From assembly GCA_040903985.1 (NCBI GenBank), contig JBBDUI010000002.1:262038-326037 (forward strand): 64,000 nucleotides of DNA. Direction: 5' to 3'. Under the pieces are notes generated by a model that did no database searches, had not been told where the DNA came from, and was given only the letters and a program-made list of their open reading frames with translations. This DNA is from Candidatus Saccharimonadales bacterium (GTDB lineage Bacteria; Patescibacteriota; Saccharimonadia; QS-5-54-17). Below, one piece after another: positions 37,200 through 47,060 of the stretch; positions within the stretch are counted from its first letter, which is position 1; the number at the start of each line of letters is the position of its first letter. A program made the translations under genes and the position numbers.

Positions 37200-37707
37200 C
37201 TCCTCCATTTATAGTGGCCGGATCGACCGGTACCACATCTCTAATTATCCTGTTCAAGTGTTGCTGGACCTCTTCCGGATGATGGATATAGTGCAGAATT
37301 AAATCTCCAGCGAATGTCTGCACCGTAACCGTCCCGAACTTCATAAACGTCGCCTGCAAACCCTTAATGGTATAGTTTACACTCTGAATTCGGTTATGAC
37401 TAATGTCCTGAACACTGCGGTTAAATAGACCTACCTGTTTAATCTGAATCAGCCGCTCATCAGTAATGATATAGACGCTGAAGTACCAACCGAGAAACCA
37501 ATAACTGAACACTAACAGACTGAGAACGAGTCCGGCTAGCGCGCACCACCAAGACCAGGTCTCAAGCGGCCAGATACTAGAAGGCACCAGCCCGACTGCA
37601 AAGACGCCGAGGGCAACCGTCACCCCCTTTCGCATTACTACCGGATGTTGACGAAAGACGAAATCGATCGTCTCATCAGGGTGTTGGCCAGGGAATGTGT
37701 TTGCCAT
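37165..37707 (-). CDS. bacterial PH-domain membrane protein
   Basis: FRQHP, two TMs, YIITDERLI, FGTVTVQT. Confidence 0.8.
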   Translation of the reverse strand: MANTFPGQHPDETIDFVFRQHPVVMRKGVTVALGVFAVGLVPSSIWPLETWSWWCALAGLVLSLLVFSYWFLGWYFSVYIITDERLIQIKQVGLFNRSVQDISHNRIQSVNYTIKGLQATFMKFGTVTVQTFAGDLILHYIHHPEEVQQHLNRIIRDVVPVDPATINGGDDEKEARTAEA

Positions 37708-37930
37708 GAGAGTAGTATATAGGTTTTAGGTTTTCGGGTGTAGTCTGCCCCTACAGCTACCGGATTCGACTCTATGTCAGCGCCATACCAAAAAGTAGAA
37801 ACTATAAAAACTAAAATGGCTGTTCACCAGCTAAAACGATACTGTTTTAGCTGGAAGAGGAAGACAAACCGTAAGCTGAAAGTAAAACAGCTTCCGCTGT
37901 TTTAGAGGAAGCTGTAGGTTTAGTCTGACG

Positions 37931-38007
37931 TGGTGCCCCGGGCGGGAGTCGAACCTGCGACCTTCTCCTTAGGAGGGAGACGCTCTATCCTGCTGAGCTA
38001 CCGGGGC
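37931..38007 (-). tRNA. tRNA-Arg(CCT)
   Basis: GCCCCGG...CCGGGGCACCA; anticodon arm TCTCC-CTCCTAA-GGAGA. Confidence 0.95.
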
Positions 38008-38068
38008 GTAAATCCACTATCAATGTAGCAGCAATTTACTCACGATGGCAGTCACTGAACAAAATCAG

Positions 38069-38551
38069 CTAACTAACTTGCGGCCTACCCTCACGTTCGT
38101 TATCTTCATACACATGCAGGTACTCACTCTTATCGTAACTGAACAACTCGGCACCGCTAAAGAAGCGCTCCACCTCTGTCATTCCACTCTCGGCATTATC
38201 GGAAGCATGGATTAGATTCCGGCCCTGCCCCATGGCAAAGTCCCCGCGAATGGTACCGGCATCTGCTGCCCGTGGGTTAGTAGCGCCTACGATCACTCGC
38301 ACACTAGCGGTACACTCATACCCTTCCCATGCCATTGCGACTAAGGGAGAGCTCTTCATAAAGCTCTTAATTCCACTAAAAAACGGCTTATCGGTCAGAT
38401 GCGAATAGTGCTGCTCCAGTATCTCATCATCAACTGAAATCATTTTTAATCCGATTAACTTCAGACCTTTACGCTCAAAGCGAGTTATAATTTCGCCAAC
38501 CAGTCCCCGCTGTACGGCATCAGGCTTGGCTAAGATCAGTGTTCGTTCCAT
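38069..38551 (-). CDS. ndk: nucleoside-diphosphate kinase
   Basis: ERTLILAKPDAVQRGL, GTIRGDF, NLIHASD. Confidence 0.96.
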   Translation of the reverse strand: MERTLILAKPDAVQRGLVGEIITRFERKGLKLIGLKMISVDDEILEQHYSHLTDKPFFSGIKSFMKSSPLVAMAWEGYECTASVRVIVGATNPRAADAGTIRGDFAMGQGRNLIHASDNAESGMTEVERFFSGAELFSYDKSEYLHVYEDNEREGRPQVS

Positions 38552-38562
38552 AAATATATCCT

Positions 38563-39348
38563 CTAAATTACTAGTATTAACACCAAGGCGCCAGCTAAAA
38601 TCAGGCGGTACCAGGCGAAGACGGCCAGCTTATGCGTGCTGAGGTAGTCCAGTAAGAAGCGTATCACAAAATAGGCGCTAGCTGCGGCTACCAAGAAACC
38701 GAGTATATAATATGGCAACTCAGCACTGAGCTCACTGAGCACATCTGAGCTACTTAGGACCCTTAAGTTAGCACCGAGCAAGATTGGTACCGCCATCAAA
38801 AAACTGAAGCGAGCTGCCTCGGCGTTATTAAAACCTAGCCATGAACCGGCCACTAATGTTGCCCCGGCGCGCGAAGTACCGGGGATTAAAGCCAGTGCCT
38901 GAGAAAACCCGATGATAACGGCGTCGCGCAGTCTCAGTTCACCTAGCTCCCGGGAGCCTCGCCGACGGTCTACGAGGAACATCACCAGTGCACCGACTAC
39001 CAGCATGACGACTATCACCCACAGAGAACGGAGAGCGCTTTCGATCAAATCACTGGCGAAAAAGCCGACGATCGCGGCCGGCAAGGTGGCGATCACCAGG
39101 TAGCCAAGCAGTTTACGCGACGCACCCGGGTGAAATACTGCCCGCCCCAGGGTGATCAGCTCCGCTCGAAAATAGATCAGTAGTGCCGTCAGCGTACCTA
39201 AATGCAGCACTACGTCGTAAGCTAACCCACCGAAGTTAGCGTCCACCCCCTCTTCGGCGATAATTAAGTGAGCCGAACTCGATACGGGGATAAACTCCGT
39301 TAGCCCTTGCAAAAGTCCCAGCAGTACCGCCTGTAATAGTTCAATCAT
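38563..39348 (-). CDS. uppP: undecaprenyl-diphosphate phosphatase
   Basis: QGLTEFIPVSSSAH, ALIPGTSRAGAT, FAWYR. Confidence 0.95.
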   Translation of the reverse strand: MIELLQAVLLGLLQGLTEFIPVSSSAHLIIAEEGVDANFGGLAYDVVLHLGTLTALLIYFRAELITLGRAVFHPGASRKLLGYLVIATLPAAIVGFFASDLIESALRSLWVIVVMLVVGALVMFLVDRRRGSRELGELRLRDAVIIGFSQALALIPGTSRAGATLVAGSWLGFNNAEAARFSFLMAVPILLGANLRVLSSSDVLSELSAELPYYILGFLVAAASAYFVIRFLLDYLSTHKLAVFAWYRLILAGALVLILVI

Positions 39349-39392
39349 ACGCCCCTAAGTATCTTTGATTTAGAAGTATAAATCAAAGATAC

Positions 39393-39842
39393 TTAGCGAA
39401 TAACTGGTTCAGTTAGGAAAATAGTCCGCTCGAAGCAAGCCCGGCCGGCCGGATGATAAGCGAAAGTGTATTCATGTGACTGCTCATCGGCCAGCGCCGT
39501 GGTGTCGGTCCGAAAAACGGCGCAAAGCTCAATACGGTATTCATCCACAGCCTCATCCTTAAGTAGTGGCCACACCTCATACCCGTTAGCCTCAACTCTC
39601 TCTTCGACTGCACGGGGGAGATCTAAAGCAGCTAAAGAATAAGGCGCTACAGTTAAACTGGCCGTAGGCTCAGGCTCAGGCTCCCCTTCTAGCTCTAAAC
39701 GCAGCTGTTCTTCGATTAAAGTTAGATCACGCTCAATCTGTTGGTCGTGGCGAACATCGATAGTTAGAATGAACTGTAGCACCACTAAAGCGATGAAGAA
39801 CAACCCCAAACCGGCCGCGAGAAGGTAGTAGCGTCGCATCAT
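39393..39842 (-). CDS. hypothetical protein with N-terminal TM
   Basis: YRIELCAVF...HPAGRACF; overlaps the upstream gene stop. Confidence 0.65.
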   Translation of the reverse strand: MMRRYYLLAAGLGLFFIALVVLQFILTIDVRHDQQIERDLTLIEEQLRLELEGEPEPEPTASLTVAPYSLAALDLPRAVEERVEANGYEVWPLLKDEAVDEYRIELCAVFRTDTTALADEQSHEYTFAYHPAGRACFERTIFLTEPVIR

Positions 39843-40507
39843 TCTAGCCGTGACTGTTCTCGGAAATACTTCCAGAAGATACCGCCGGCCAGACCGATAG
39901 TTACTGTCGCATGCAGTGTCTCAGCGACCAAATTGATGCCGTCTACCCCACCTAAAGTTAAAATATTATAAACATAGGCCACCAGCTTGGCTACACCGAT
40001 AATGAAGGTGACTAACAGCAGCAATTGTACCGCCCGTCGCCGGGACGGATCGTGTAGTATCTCAGCTCGAGCGGCCTCCTTGCGACGCAAGCGTAGCATC
40101 AAACCAAGGTAGATCGGACCGGCCACTACTAAGGCAGCGCTAGCGGTGGGGATCACATCTTGGTAGAAGCTAAACTTCTGCGTTACGACCAGAACGTTAA
40201 TGATATTGTGCAGCATTGAGCCTACTGATAGCGCTACCACACCCAGGGCTAGGAAGTAGATCATATATTCAAAACCGTTACCAGAAAAACCACTATTGAC
40301 CACGTTAATCGGACCGGACGCAGTGGGATGAGCTGAAACAGATTGCTGACCACTCGGGGTAGGCGGGACTAAACTATCATCTCCATCCAGAGCCGTATAG
40401 ATCTCCCCAACCTCCCAGCCGGCATCTAGTAGGCGTTGGCGAATAGCCGCATCGTCTAATCCCTTCTTGCGGGCATTTTCAACGTAGTGTTGTAGTTTAT
40501 CATTCAT
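39839..40507 (-). CDS. DUF5671-like multi-TM protein
   Basis: N-terminal IRQRLLDAGW helical domain plus four TMs. Confidence 0.65.
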   Translation of the reverse strand: MNDKLQHYVENARKKGLDDAAIRQRLLDAGWEVGEIYTALDGDDSLVPPTPSGQQSVSAHPTASGPINVVNSGFSGNGFEYMIYFLALGVVALSVGSMLHNIINVLVVTQKFSFYQDVIPTASAALVVAGPIYLGLMLRLRRKEAARAEILHDPSRRRAVQLLLLVTFIIGVAKLVAYVYNILTLGGVDGINLVAETLHATVTIGLAGGIFWKYFREQSRLE

Positions 40508-40551
40508 TGCTGTGATTTTAGCATATGCCTTTTCCGGCGTACAATATAGGT

Positions 40552-41469
40552 ATGCTTTTATCCGATGCCATCATAGATTTTCTAGAACACCTCGAGATTG
40601 AGCAAAATCGATCACAGAGAACCATAGCTAACTATGATCATTACCTGCAACGGTTTCTCGAACTGACCGATGATATAGAAGTGACTAAGATCGACAGTGA
40701 GCTAATTCGCAAGTATCGCCTGCGGCTCAACCGGACGACCGACCGCCACGGTCGAGAGCTGTCCAAGTCGACCCAAAACTACCACCTCATTGCCCTGCGC
40801 TCCTTTCTAAAGTACTTAACTAAGCGTGATATAGATGTGATGTCGGCCGATAAAATTGAACTAGCCCGCGTCTCCCGACCCAAGGTGGCCTTTCTTGATC
40901 CGGAGGAGCTCACCCGCCTCTTCGATCAACCCGATCTCGACACCTTAATCGGACAGCGTGACCGGGCCATCATTGAGTTACTTTATTCCAGCGGATTGCG
41001 CGTCTCCGAACTAGTTAACCTCGATCGAGGCCACATCAACCTCGAGCGGCGGGAGTTTATGGTCCGAGGTAAGGGCCAGAAAGATCGCCCAATCTTCATC
41101 AGCCAGACCGCGGCCGACTGGCTGAGTACCTATCTCAAAGGGCGGATCGACAACTACCGCCCCCTCTTCATTCACTATTCTGGCACCCAGAGTGGACTAG
41201 ACGATGGGAACTACACTCGCCTAACGGCTCGCAGCGTGCAGCGCAATGTAGCTAAATATGCCCGACTAGCCGGCATCACCAAGCGAGTCACTCCTCATGT
41301 ACTGCGCCATAGCTTCGCGACCGACCTCCTGCGTAATGGAGCCGATCTGCGCAGTGTTCAGGCTATGCTAGGTCACAGCGATATCTCCACCACTCAGATA
41401 TATACCCACGTGACCGATCCCCAGCTCAAGTCAGTGCACGAGCGCTTTCACGGCCCGACCGCTAGATAG
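40552..41469 (+). CDS. XerC/XerD-type tyrosine recombinase
   Basis: RDRAIIELLYSSGLRVSEL, GKGQKDR, HVLRHSFAT, MLGHSDISTTQIYTH. Confidence 0.93.
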   Translation: MLLSDAIIDFLEHLEIEQNRSQRTIANYDHYLQRFLELTDDIEVTKIDSELIRKYRLRLNRTTDRHGRELSKSTQNYHLIALRSFLKYLTKRDIDVMSADKIELARVSRPKVAFLDPEELTRLFDQPDLDTLIGQRDRAIIELLYSSGLRVSELVNLDRGHINLERREFMVRGKGQKDRPIFISQTAADWLSTYLKGRIDNYRPLFIHYSGTQSGLDDGNYTRLTARSVQRNVAKYARLAGITKRVTPHVLRHSFATDLLRNGADLRSVQAMLGHSDISTTQIYTHVTDPQLKSVHERFHGPTAR

Positions 41470-41475
41470 CTCTCC

Positions 41476-42270
41476 CTATAGACCGGAGAGGCGCAAATAC
41501 CAATCGACTATTCCCTCGCCCCAGAGTAATGCTATCCAGGCCCCGAGTAGTAGAAACGGTCCGAACGGTATTAAATCCTGACGACTACGCCAGCCCAGGC
41601 CGATTAGAAGCAGACTGATGACAGCCGCTAAGTTAAAGGCCAGCAGTAAGCCGAGGGCCATCAGCTGCCAACCTAACAGGAGTCCGAGGATAAAGACTAG
41701 TTTGACGTCCCCGCCCCCCATCCAGGCACCGCGACCCAGCACGTGCAAACCATAGAATAAAGCTAACGCTCCGGAGGCGCCAATTAAAGGATCGACCAGC
41801 CAGCTGGCGAGCAATGCACCCGAGAAGGCCTGAGTCAGGAGAAAAACGATAACCACGCCAAGTAGTGCTTTCAGTAATCGGTTAGGCAGCAGCATCCAGC
41901 GCAGATCATAAACGGCCAGGGCTACAAAAAGCCCGGAGATAACGATCCAAATTCCCAGCTGAACGGCATCGGTTAGGTTACTCGGCTGCCAGGCTAATGT
42001 ACTAAGAGCGGCGGCTACACCCACTATCAGTTCCACTACGGGGTACTGTCTAGAGATAGGCTTGCTACAGTGACGGCATCTACCCCTCAGCCACAACCAG
42101 CTCACTACCGGTAGTAGATCCAGGGCAGTGAGCAGATGTTTACACCGCGGACACAACGAGCGCCCATGGCTGATAGACCGCTTGGTGTGCACCCGCCAGA
42201 TATAGGCGTTCATAAAACTACCGATCACCAACCCGAACAACGCGGCAAAGACCGGGTAGGCCAGCGGCAC
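41476..42270 (-). CDS. pilD: prepilin peptidase
   Basis: GSFMN, RSLCPRC, GRCRHC, MGGGDVKL, IPFGPFL. Confidence 0.93.
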   Translation of the reverse strand: MPLAYPVFAALFGLVIGSFMNAYIWRVHTKRSISHGRSLCPRCKHLLTALDLLPVVSWLWLRGRCRHCSKPISRQYPVVELIVGVAAALSTLAWQPSNLTDAVQLGIWIVISGLFVALAVYDLRWMLLPNRLLKALLGVVIVFLLTQAFSGALLASWLVDPLIGASGALALFYGLHVLGRGAWMGGGDVKLVFILGLLLGWQLMALGLLLAFNLAAVISLLLIGLGWRSRQDLIPFGPFLLLGAWIALLWGEGIVDWYLRLSGL

Positions 42271-42275
42271 GTCCC

Positions 42276-43343
42276 TTAGCCTCGCATTAGACGGTCAAGC
42301 TCTTGAATATCGACGGCATAGTTCTTAGCTTCATCATAGGTGATCTTGCCCGCATGAATTAACTCCACCAACGTCTTATCCATCGACTGCATGCCCTGGT
42401 CCGCCCCGGTCTGGATCACGGAGTCGAGCTGGTGGGTCTTACCCTCACGAATGATATTACGTACAGCCGGGTTAGCGATTAAGATTTCGGTCGCCGGTAT
42501 ACGCCCACCTCCGATAGCCGGGACTAGACGCTGAGAAATTACACCCTTTAAGATCGAAGCTAGCTGCACACGGACCTGCTGCTGCTGGTGCGGCGGGAAG
42601 ACATCGATGATACGATCCACGCTCTGCGAAGCGGAGTTGGTGTGCAAGGTAGCAAACACCAAATGGCCGGTCTCGGCAATAGTGATAGCGGCGGCGATGG
42701 TTTCTAGATCGCGCATCTCTCCAATTAGCACGATATCCGGATCTTGACGCAAGGTCGACCGTAAAGCGGCGGCAAAGGAGTAGGTATCATAGTGGACCTC
42801 GCGCTGAACGATAACCGCTTTCTTACTGGTATGAGCATACTCGATTGGATCCTCAATGGTAATGATATGAACAGCCCGGGTAGTATTGATCTGATCGATC
42901 ATCGCCGCTAGCGTAGTCGACTTACCACTACCGGTCGGACCGGTCATTAACACCAGGCCGCGGGGGAATTCAGTAAAGCTGTTAACTACCTTAGGCAGGC
43001 CCAGTTCCTCAATCGTCTTAATCTCATTAGTAATTAGACGTAAGGCAGCGGCCATATTGCCCCGTTCGTGAAAGGCATTTACCCGAAATCGCCCAAGGTC
43101 GCCGAAGGCAAAGGAAAAATCCAGTTCCTTATCTTTAGTTAAGATCTGTTTCTGCTCCTCATCAACGATAGAGTAAAGCAGACCCTCTACTGTCTCTTCA
43201 TCTAGTGGCACCGCATCTTGGGCAGCGACCAGAGACCCGTCCAGGCGGAGCATCGGCGGTAACCCTACCTGTAAGTGGAGGTCCGAAGCACCCTTATCTA
43301 TCACTTCCTGTAGCAAAACTTCGATCCTGAGATTACTCTGCAT
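42276..43343 (-). CDS. pilT: type IV pilus retraction ATPase
   Basis: ASDLHL, GPTGSGKSTTLAA, LRQDPD, AVRNIIRE (AIRNLIRE-like). Confidence 0.95.
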   Translation of the reverse strand: MQSNLRIEVLLQEVIDKGASDLHLQVGLPPMLRLDGSLVAAQDAVPLDEETVEGLLYSIVDEEQKQILTKDKELDFSFAFGDLGRFRVNAFHERGNMAAALRLITNEIKTIEELGLPKVVNSFTEFPRGLVLMTGPTGSGKSTTLAAMIDQINTTRAVHIITIEDPIEYAHTSKKAVIVQREVHYDTYSFAAALRSTLRQDPDIVLIGEMRDLETIAAAITIAETGHLVFATLHTNSASQSVDRIIDVFPPHQQQQVRVQLASILKGVISQRLVPAIGGGRIPATEILIANPAVRNIIREGKTHQLDSVIQTGADQGMQSMDKTLVELIHAGKITYDEAKNYAVDIQELDRLMRG

Positions 43344-43364
43344 ACCTATATCCCCGCCTCTCTA

Positions 43365-45155
43365 TTACGCATCTGACGCTACCCGCATGACCTCTTCTAG
43401 GGTGGTCACACCGTTCAAAGCCTTGAGGTAGCCGTCCTGTTTCATGGTTATCATGCCGTCCTTCTGAGCCTGAAGCTGTACCTGAGTACTGGTGGTCTGA
43501 CTAGCTAGTAGCTTCTCCATCTCCGGTGTAATCGAGAAGACTTCGAAGATGCCGGTTCGTCCCTTGTAACCGTCCTGGCACTCACTGCAGCCCTTGCCTC
43601 TGTACAAAGTATAAGCGTTTTCACCTAATGAGGGCAAGTTCTCATAACCCAAGTCTTCACGTAGCTGCGCATCGGCCGTACCCGACTCCGGTAGTATCCC
43701 CTCCATCGACTTCCTGATCGACTCTACTTCCGCCGGCGAAGCCTCATAGCTCTCCGAGCACTTATCACAAATACGACGCACAAGTCGCTGTCCGATGATG
43801 GTATTAACCGTAGAGGCAATCAAGAAAGGTTCGATACCCATATCGATCAACCGGGGCAGAACACCAGAGGCCGAGTTAGTGTGCAGGGTCGAGAGCACTA
43901 CGTGTCCGGTCAAAGCCGCCTGCACCGCCAAATCAGCCGTCTCGCTATCTCGAATTTCCCCGATCATCACTACATCTGGGTCTTGACGCAAGATCGAGCG
44001 TAAGCCGCTGGCAAAAGTTAAACCGACCTGGGGGTTGACCTGCATCTGATTCACCCCATTCATCTTATATTCGACCGGATCTTCCAAAGTGATAATGTTA
44101 ATCGCCACTTCCTTAATAGTGTTGAGTGCAGCATACAAGGTCGTCGACTTACCACTACCGGTCGGACCGGTCGAAAGCGTCATACCGTGCGGACGCTTCA
44201 ACCCTTCACTAATAAGCCGTTTAGCCCGCCCAACATAACCGAGCGATTCGATACTGAGTAGGCTGGAATCTTTATCCAAGAGACGAATGACTACCTGTTC
44301 ACCCCATACTAAAGGCGCGATCGAGATACGTAAATCGATGTCACGACCCTGATGCTCGATCTGAAACTCACCGTCTTGAGGAATCCGGTGCTCGTCGATC
44401 TTTAGATTGGCAAGAATCTTTACGCGAGATACCAGAGCGGCTTCGACCTCTTTCGGTAGCGTCATGGTATCCTGCAGGATACCATCGACGCGGAAACGAA
44501 TCTTCAGCTCTTCTTCCCGTGGCTCCATGTGGATATCGGAAGCTTCCATCTGAGCGGCATAATCTAATATTGTGTTCAACGCCCGCGTAATTGGAGCGTC
44601 CTGAACTAAAGTCTTGACCTCTTGTGACCCGTTGGCCTGAAGTTTATCCTGATGCGCCTGTTCGGCTTGAGCAAACTCGTCGGCCGAACCGACTACGGCA
44701 GAGACTTCTTCTGAGACATCCGCCTTATACTGGGAGAGGACGGCATTAATGCTTTTACCCGAAACCATATGTGGTGTGACCGGGCGGCCAAGTTTACGCG
44801 TAATAAAGTCCACCGCTTGCAGGTTGGTCGGATCGATCATGCCGACCACCAATCGCCCCTCCATCACTCCAATCGGTACCACCTGATGACTGCGCGCCAA
44901 ATCCTTGGGAATCAGTTTCTTCAGCTCATCGTCGACCTGAAAGCCCTGTAAGTTAGCATAAGGCACGTTATCGGCCTTAGCTACCGTCTGTACTACCTTC
45001 TCCTCGTCAATCAAACGCCGCTCGGAAATTAGACTGAGAATAGATTTATTTGTCTCGGCCGATTCGCGCTGTAGATCCTTGAGTTGATCGGCAGAGAGAT
45101 AGCCCTGATCCAGAAGTAACTGCTCAAATGTCTTTTGGGCTTCACCGGTTAACAC
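43365..45155 (-). CDS. pilB: type IV pilus assembly ATPase
   Basis: ASDIHMEP, GPTGSGKSTTLY, LRQDPDV, CxxC pairs. Confidence 0.93.
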   Translation of the reverse strand: MLTGEAQKTFEQLLLDQGYLSADQLKDLQRESAETNKSILSLISERRLIDEEKVVQTVAKADNVPYANLQGFQVDDELKKLIPKDLARSHQVVPIGVMEGRLVVGMIDPTNLQAVDFITRKLGRPVTPHMVSGKSINAVLSQYKADVSEEVSAVVGSADEFAQAEQAHQDKLQANGSQEVKTLVQDAPITRALNTILDYAAQMEASDIHMEPREEELKIRFRVDGILQDTMTLPKEVEAALVSRVKILANLKIDEHRIPQDGEFQIEHQGRDIDLRISIAPLVWGEQVVIRLLDKDSSLLSIESLGYVGRAKRLISEGLKRPHGMTLSTGPTGSGKSTTLYAALNTIKEVAINIITLEDPVEYKMNGVNQMQVNPQVGLTFASGLRSILRQDPDVVMIGEIRDSETADLAVQAALTGHVVLSTLHTNSASGVLPRLIDMGIEPFLIASTVNTIIGQRLVRRICDKCSESYEASPAEVESIRKSMEGILPESGTADAQLREDLGYENLPSLGENAYTLYRGKGCSECQDGYKGRTGIFEVFSITPEMEKLLASQTTSTQVQLQAQKDGMITMKQDGYLKALNGVTTLEEVMRVASDA

Positions 45156-45200
45156 TTATATGACTCCGCTCTTAGCTGTAAATAACTACCTGTCTCTAGA

Positions 45201-46238
45201 CTAGACAAACGACCGTTGGGCCAGCCCGACGGCGACCGCGAACTGCAAGGATTTACCCATCAGCATATCCTGCTGAGCAGCCGGATAACTAACGTTCATC
45301 CAGGGATTAGCAATCTCGACCGGCAGATTAAGGGTGTTGGCGACGTAAGAGGGCATTTCCGGTAAGGCGGTAGGTCCGCCAGTTAGAACTACCTTCTCCA
45401 GCGCTACACCGGCATTCTGGCTGGTAAAAAACTTAATTGATTTCGATATTTCACTCATCACGCTGTCTAAGCTACCCTTAACGGCCTTGAGTACCTGGCC
45501 TTCTAGCTTAGTCTGAGTAACACCAAACTTCTGCAGGAACTGACTGGCCTGCTCCTCGTCGATGTTGAGATTCTGAGCTACTGAACGCACTAGGGTCGCT
45601 CCGCCGATATTAACGGAACGCACCAGATGCGGTACCCGCTGCCAGATGACCGTAATCTCCGTACTGGTATTACCAAAGTCGACTACTGCTACCGGCACTT
45701 CGGTTACACTAATCACGCTACGACCGGTAGCTAGAGCGTTAATCTCCAGTGCATGTAGGTTAAGCCCAGCCTTTTCTACCACAGAGAGATACTTATCGAC
45801 GACATTCTTCGGGGCCGCTACTAGTAGTACCGACATTTCAGTCTCGCTCTTATTCGGATCGATGATGTGCCAGTCCAGCTTAGCCTCGCTCACCGGCATC
45901 GGTATATACTGATCGGCCTGTAGCTGAATCGACTTAGCTAGCTCACTCTCACTTAACTTCGGCGTAGTGATTACAGTGGTAAAGGCGTGAGCGGAGGGGA
46001 TCGCCGTAACAACCTCGTTGGTCTTAATCTGAGTCTCATCTTTCAACTGTCGGATAACGGCAGCGATCCGGTCATGATCAATCTCAGAATCACTACTGAT
46101 TAAATCGGCTGGAGCAGCCATCGCTCCGTACGCTACTAAGGCCGGTGCACCAGCACCAGCCTTAAGCTGTACCATGCGAATGCCGGTAGTACCGATATCA
46201 AGTCCGAAATAATCTGTGTTTTTATCTAAGATAGCCAT
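45201..46238 (-). CDS. pilM: type IV pilus assembly protein PilM
   Basis: GLDIGTTGIR actin-like fold, QYIPMP, LTGG, AVGLA. Confidence 0.92.
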   Translation of the reverse strand: MAILDKNTDYFGLDIGTTGIRMVQLKAGAGAPALVAYGAMAAPADLISSDSEIDHDRIAAVIRQLKDETQIKTNEVVTAIPSAHAFTTVITTPKLSESELAKSIQLQADQYIPMPVSEAKLDWHIIDPNKSETEMSVLLVAAPKNVVDKYLSVVEKAGLNLHALEINALATGRSVISVTEVPVAVVDFGNTSTEITVIWQRVPHLVRSVNIGGATLVRSVAQNLNIDEEQASQFLQKFGVTQTKLEGQVLKAVKGSLDSVMSEISKSIKFFTSQNAGVALEKVVLTGGPTALPEMPSYVANTLNLPVEIANPWMNVSYPAAQQDMLMGKSLQFAVAVGLAQRSFV

Positions 46239-46279
46239 TTGGAATAACTATAAGGCATAAGCAGGTTGCACGCAACCGG

Positions 46280-46957
46280 TTAACCCCCGTGCTGAGGCAA
46301 TAAATAACGGATGTTAATCGCCTCACGTCGCATAGCTATCCAGTCGATAATCGACTCCCCTTCAGTTATCTCACCTTGTTCATCTAGCTCCTGACTAAGC
46401 TTAAACTGCAGGATCTGAGTACGCACCTGTCGTCGCACCATATCATCCCCCACCCCATGACTTGCTAGCTGCTCACTCAATTCTGTGTCACTGCCGTATA
46501 AATGCTCCAAATTGATATCGATCTCGGCCGCACTAACCGTTAGCCCTCGTTGATACGATTCGAGCTCGACGATCTTAGCGTTAATTAAACTCTCAATCGA
46601 CTGTAGGTCGATCTGCTCCTGCGTAATGGTGCTATCGGCGTCCGGTGACTCATAGGCAATCAAACCATCGAGGTAGCGCACCTGATCTAGATAGACCGAG
46701 TAACGCAGCGACTCCCCCTCCACCATAGCAGCCGGAAATGGCACTATCTGTGACACGACATGGGTAAACCGATTCTGGCGGCCGGAACCATATATACTAA
46801 CTATCGCTACCGCAAGCGCTACGATTACGGCGACAATTATAACCTTAGCTCCCTGGCGCAGGCCGGCTCGGTGATTATGAGCCCACTTCCGACCGTGATC
46901 GTATCCCTGCTTTAGCTCTTGTGGCCAGCTGGTAGGATTGGGCTGAGAGTCAGGCAT
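46280..46957 (-). CDS. SurA N-terminal-domain protein
   Basis: TM followed by VPFPAAMVEG; similar to the N-domain of the PPIase at 36054. Confidence 0.65.
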   Translation of the reverse strand: MPDSQPNPTSWPQELKQGYDHGRKWAHNHRAGLRQGAKVIIVAVIVALAVAIVSIYGSGRQNRFTHVVSQIVPFPAAMVEGESLRYSVYLDQVRYLDGLIAYESPDADSTITQEQIDLQSIESLINAKIVELESYQRGLTVSAAEIDINLEHLYGSDTELSEQLASHGVGDDMVRRQVRTQILQFKLSQELDEQGEITEGESIIDWIAMRREAINIRYLLPQHGG

Positions 46958-47060
46958 GAGAGGGGCTCCGTATTACTTTAACTACTTAGTTAACCTAACT
47001 ATAAACCATAAGCTTCAATTCATTAAATCACGCGTGGTCTATCCCGAGTAAGAACTAGAA

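Noticed and set aside
40552-41469. Tyrosine recombinase as an island integrase or pilin shufflon invertase
   Set aside because: Xer-like with host codon usage; no att sites or repeated inversion sites seen around the pilus genes
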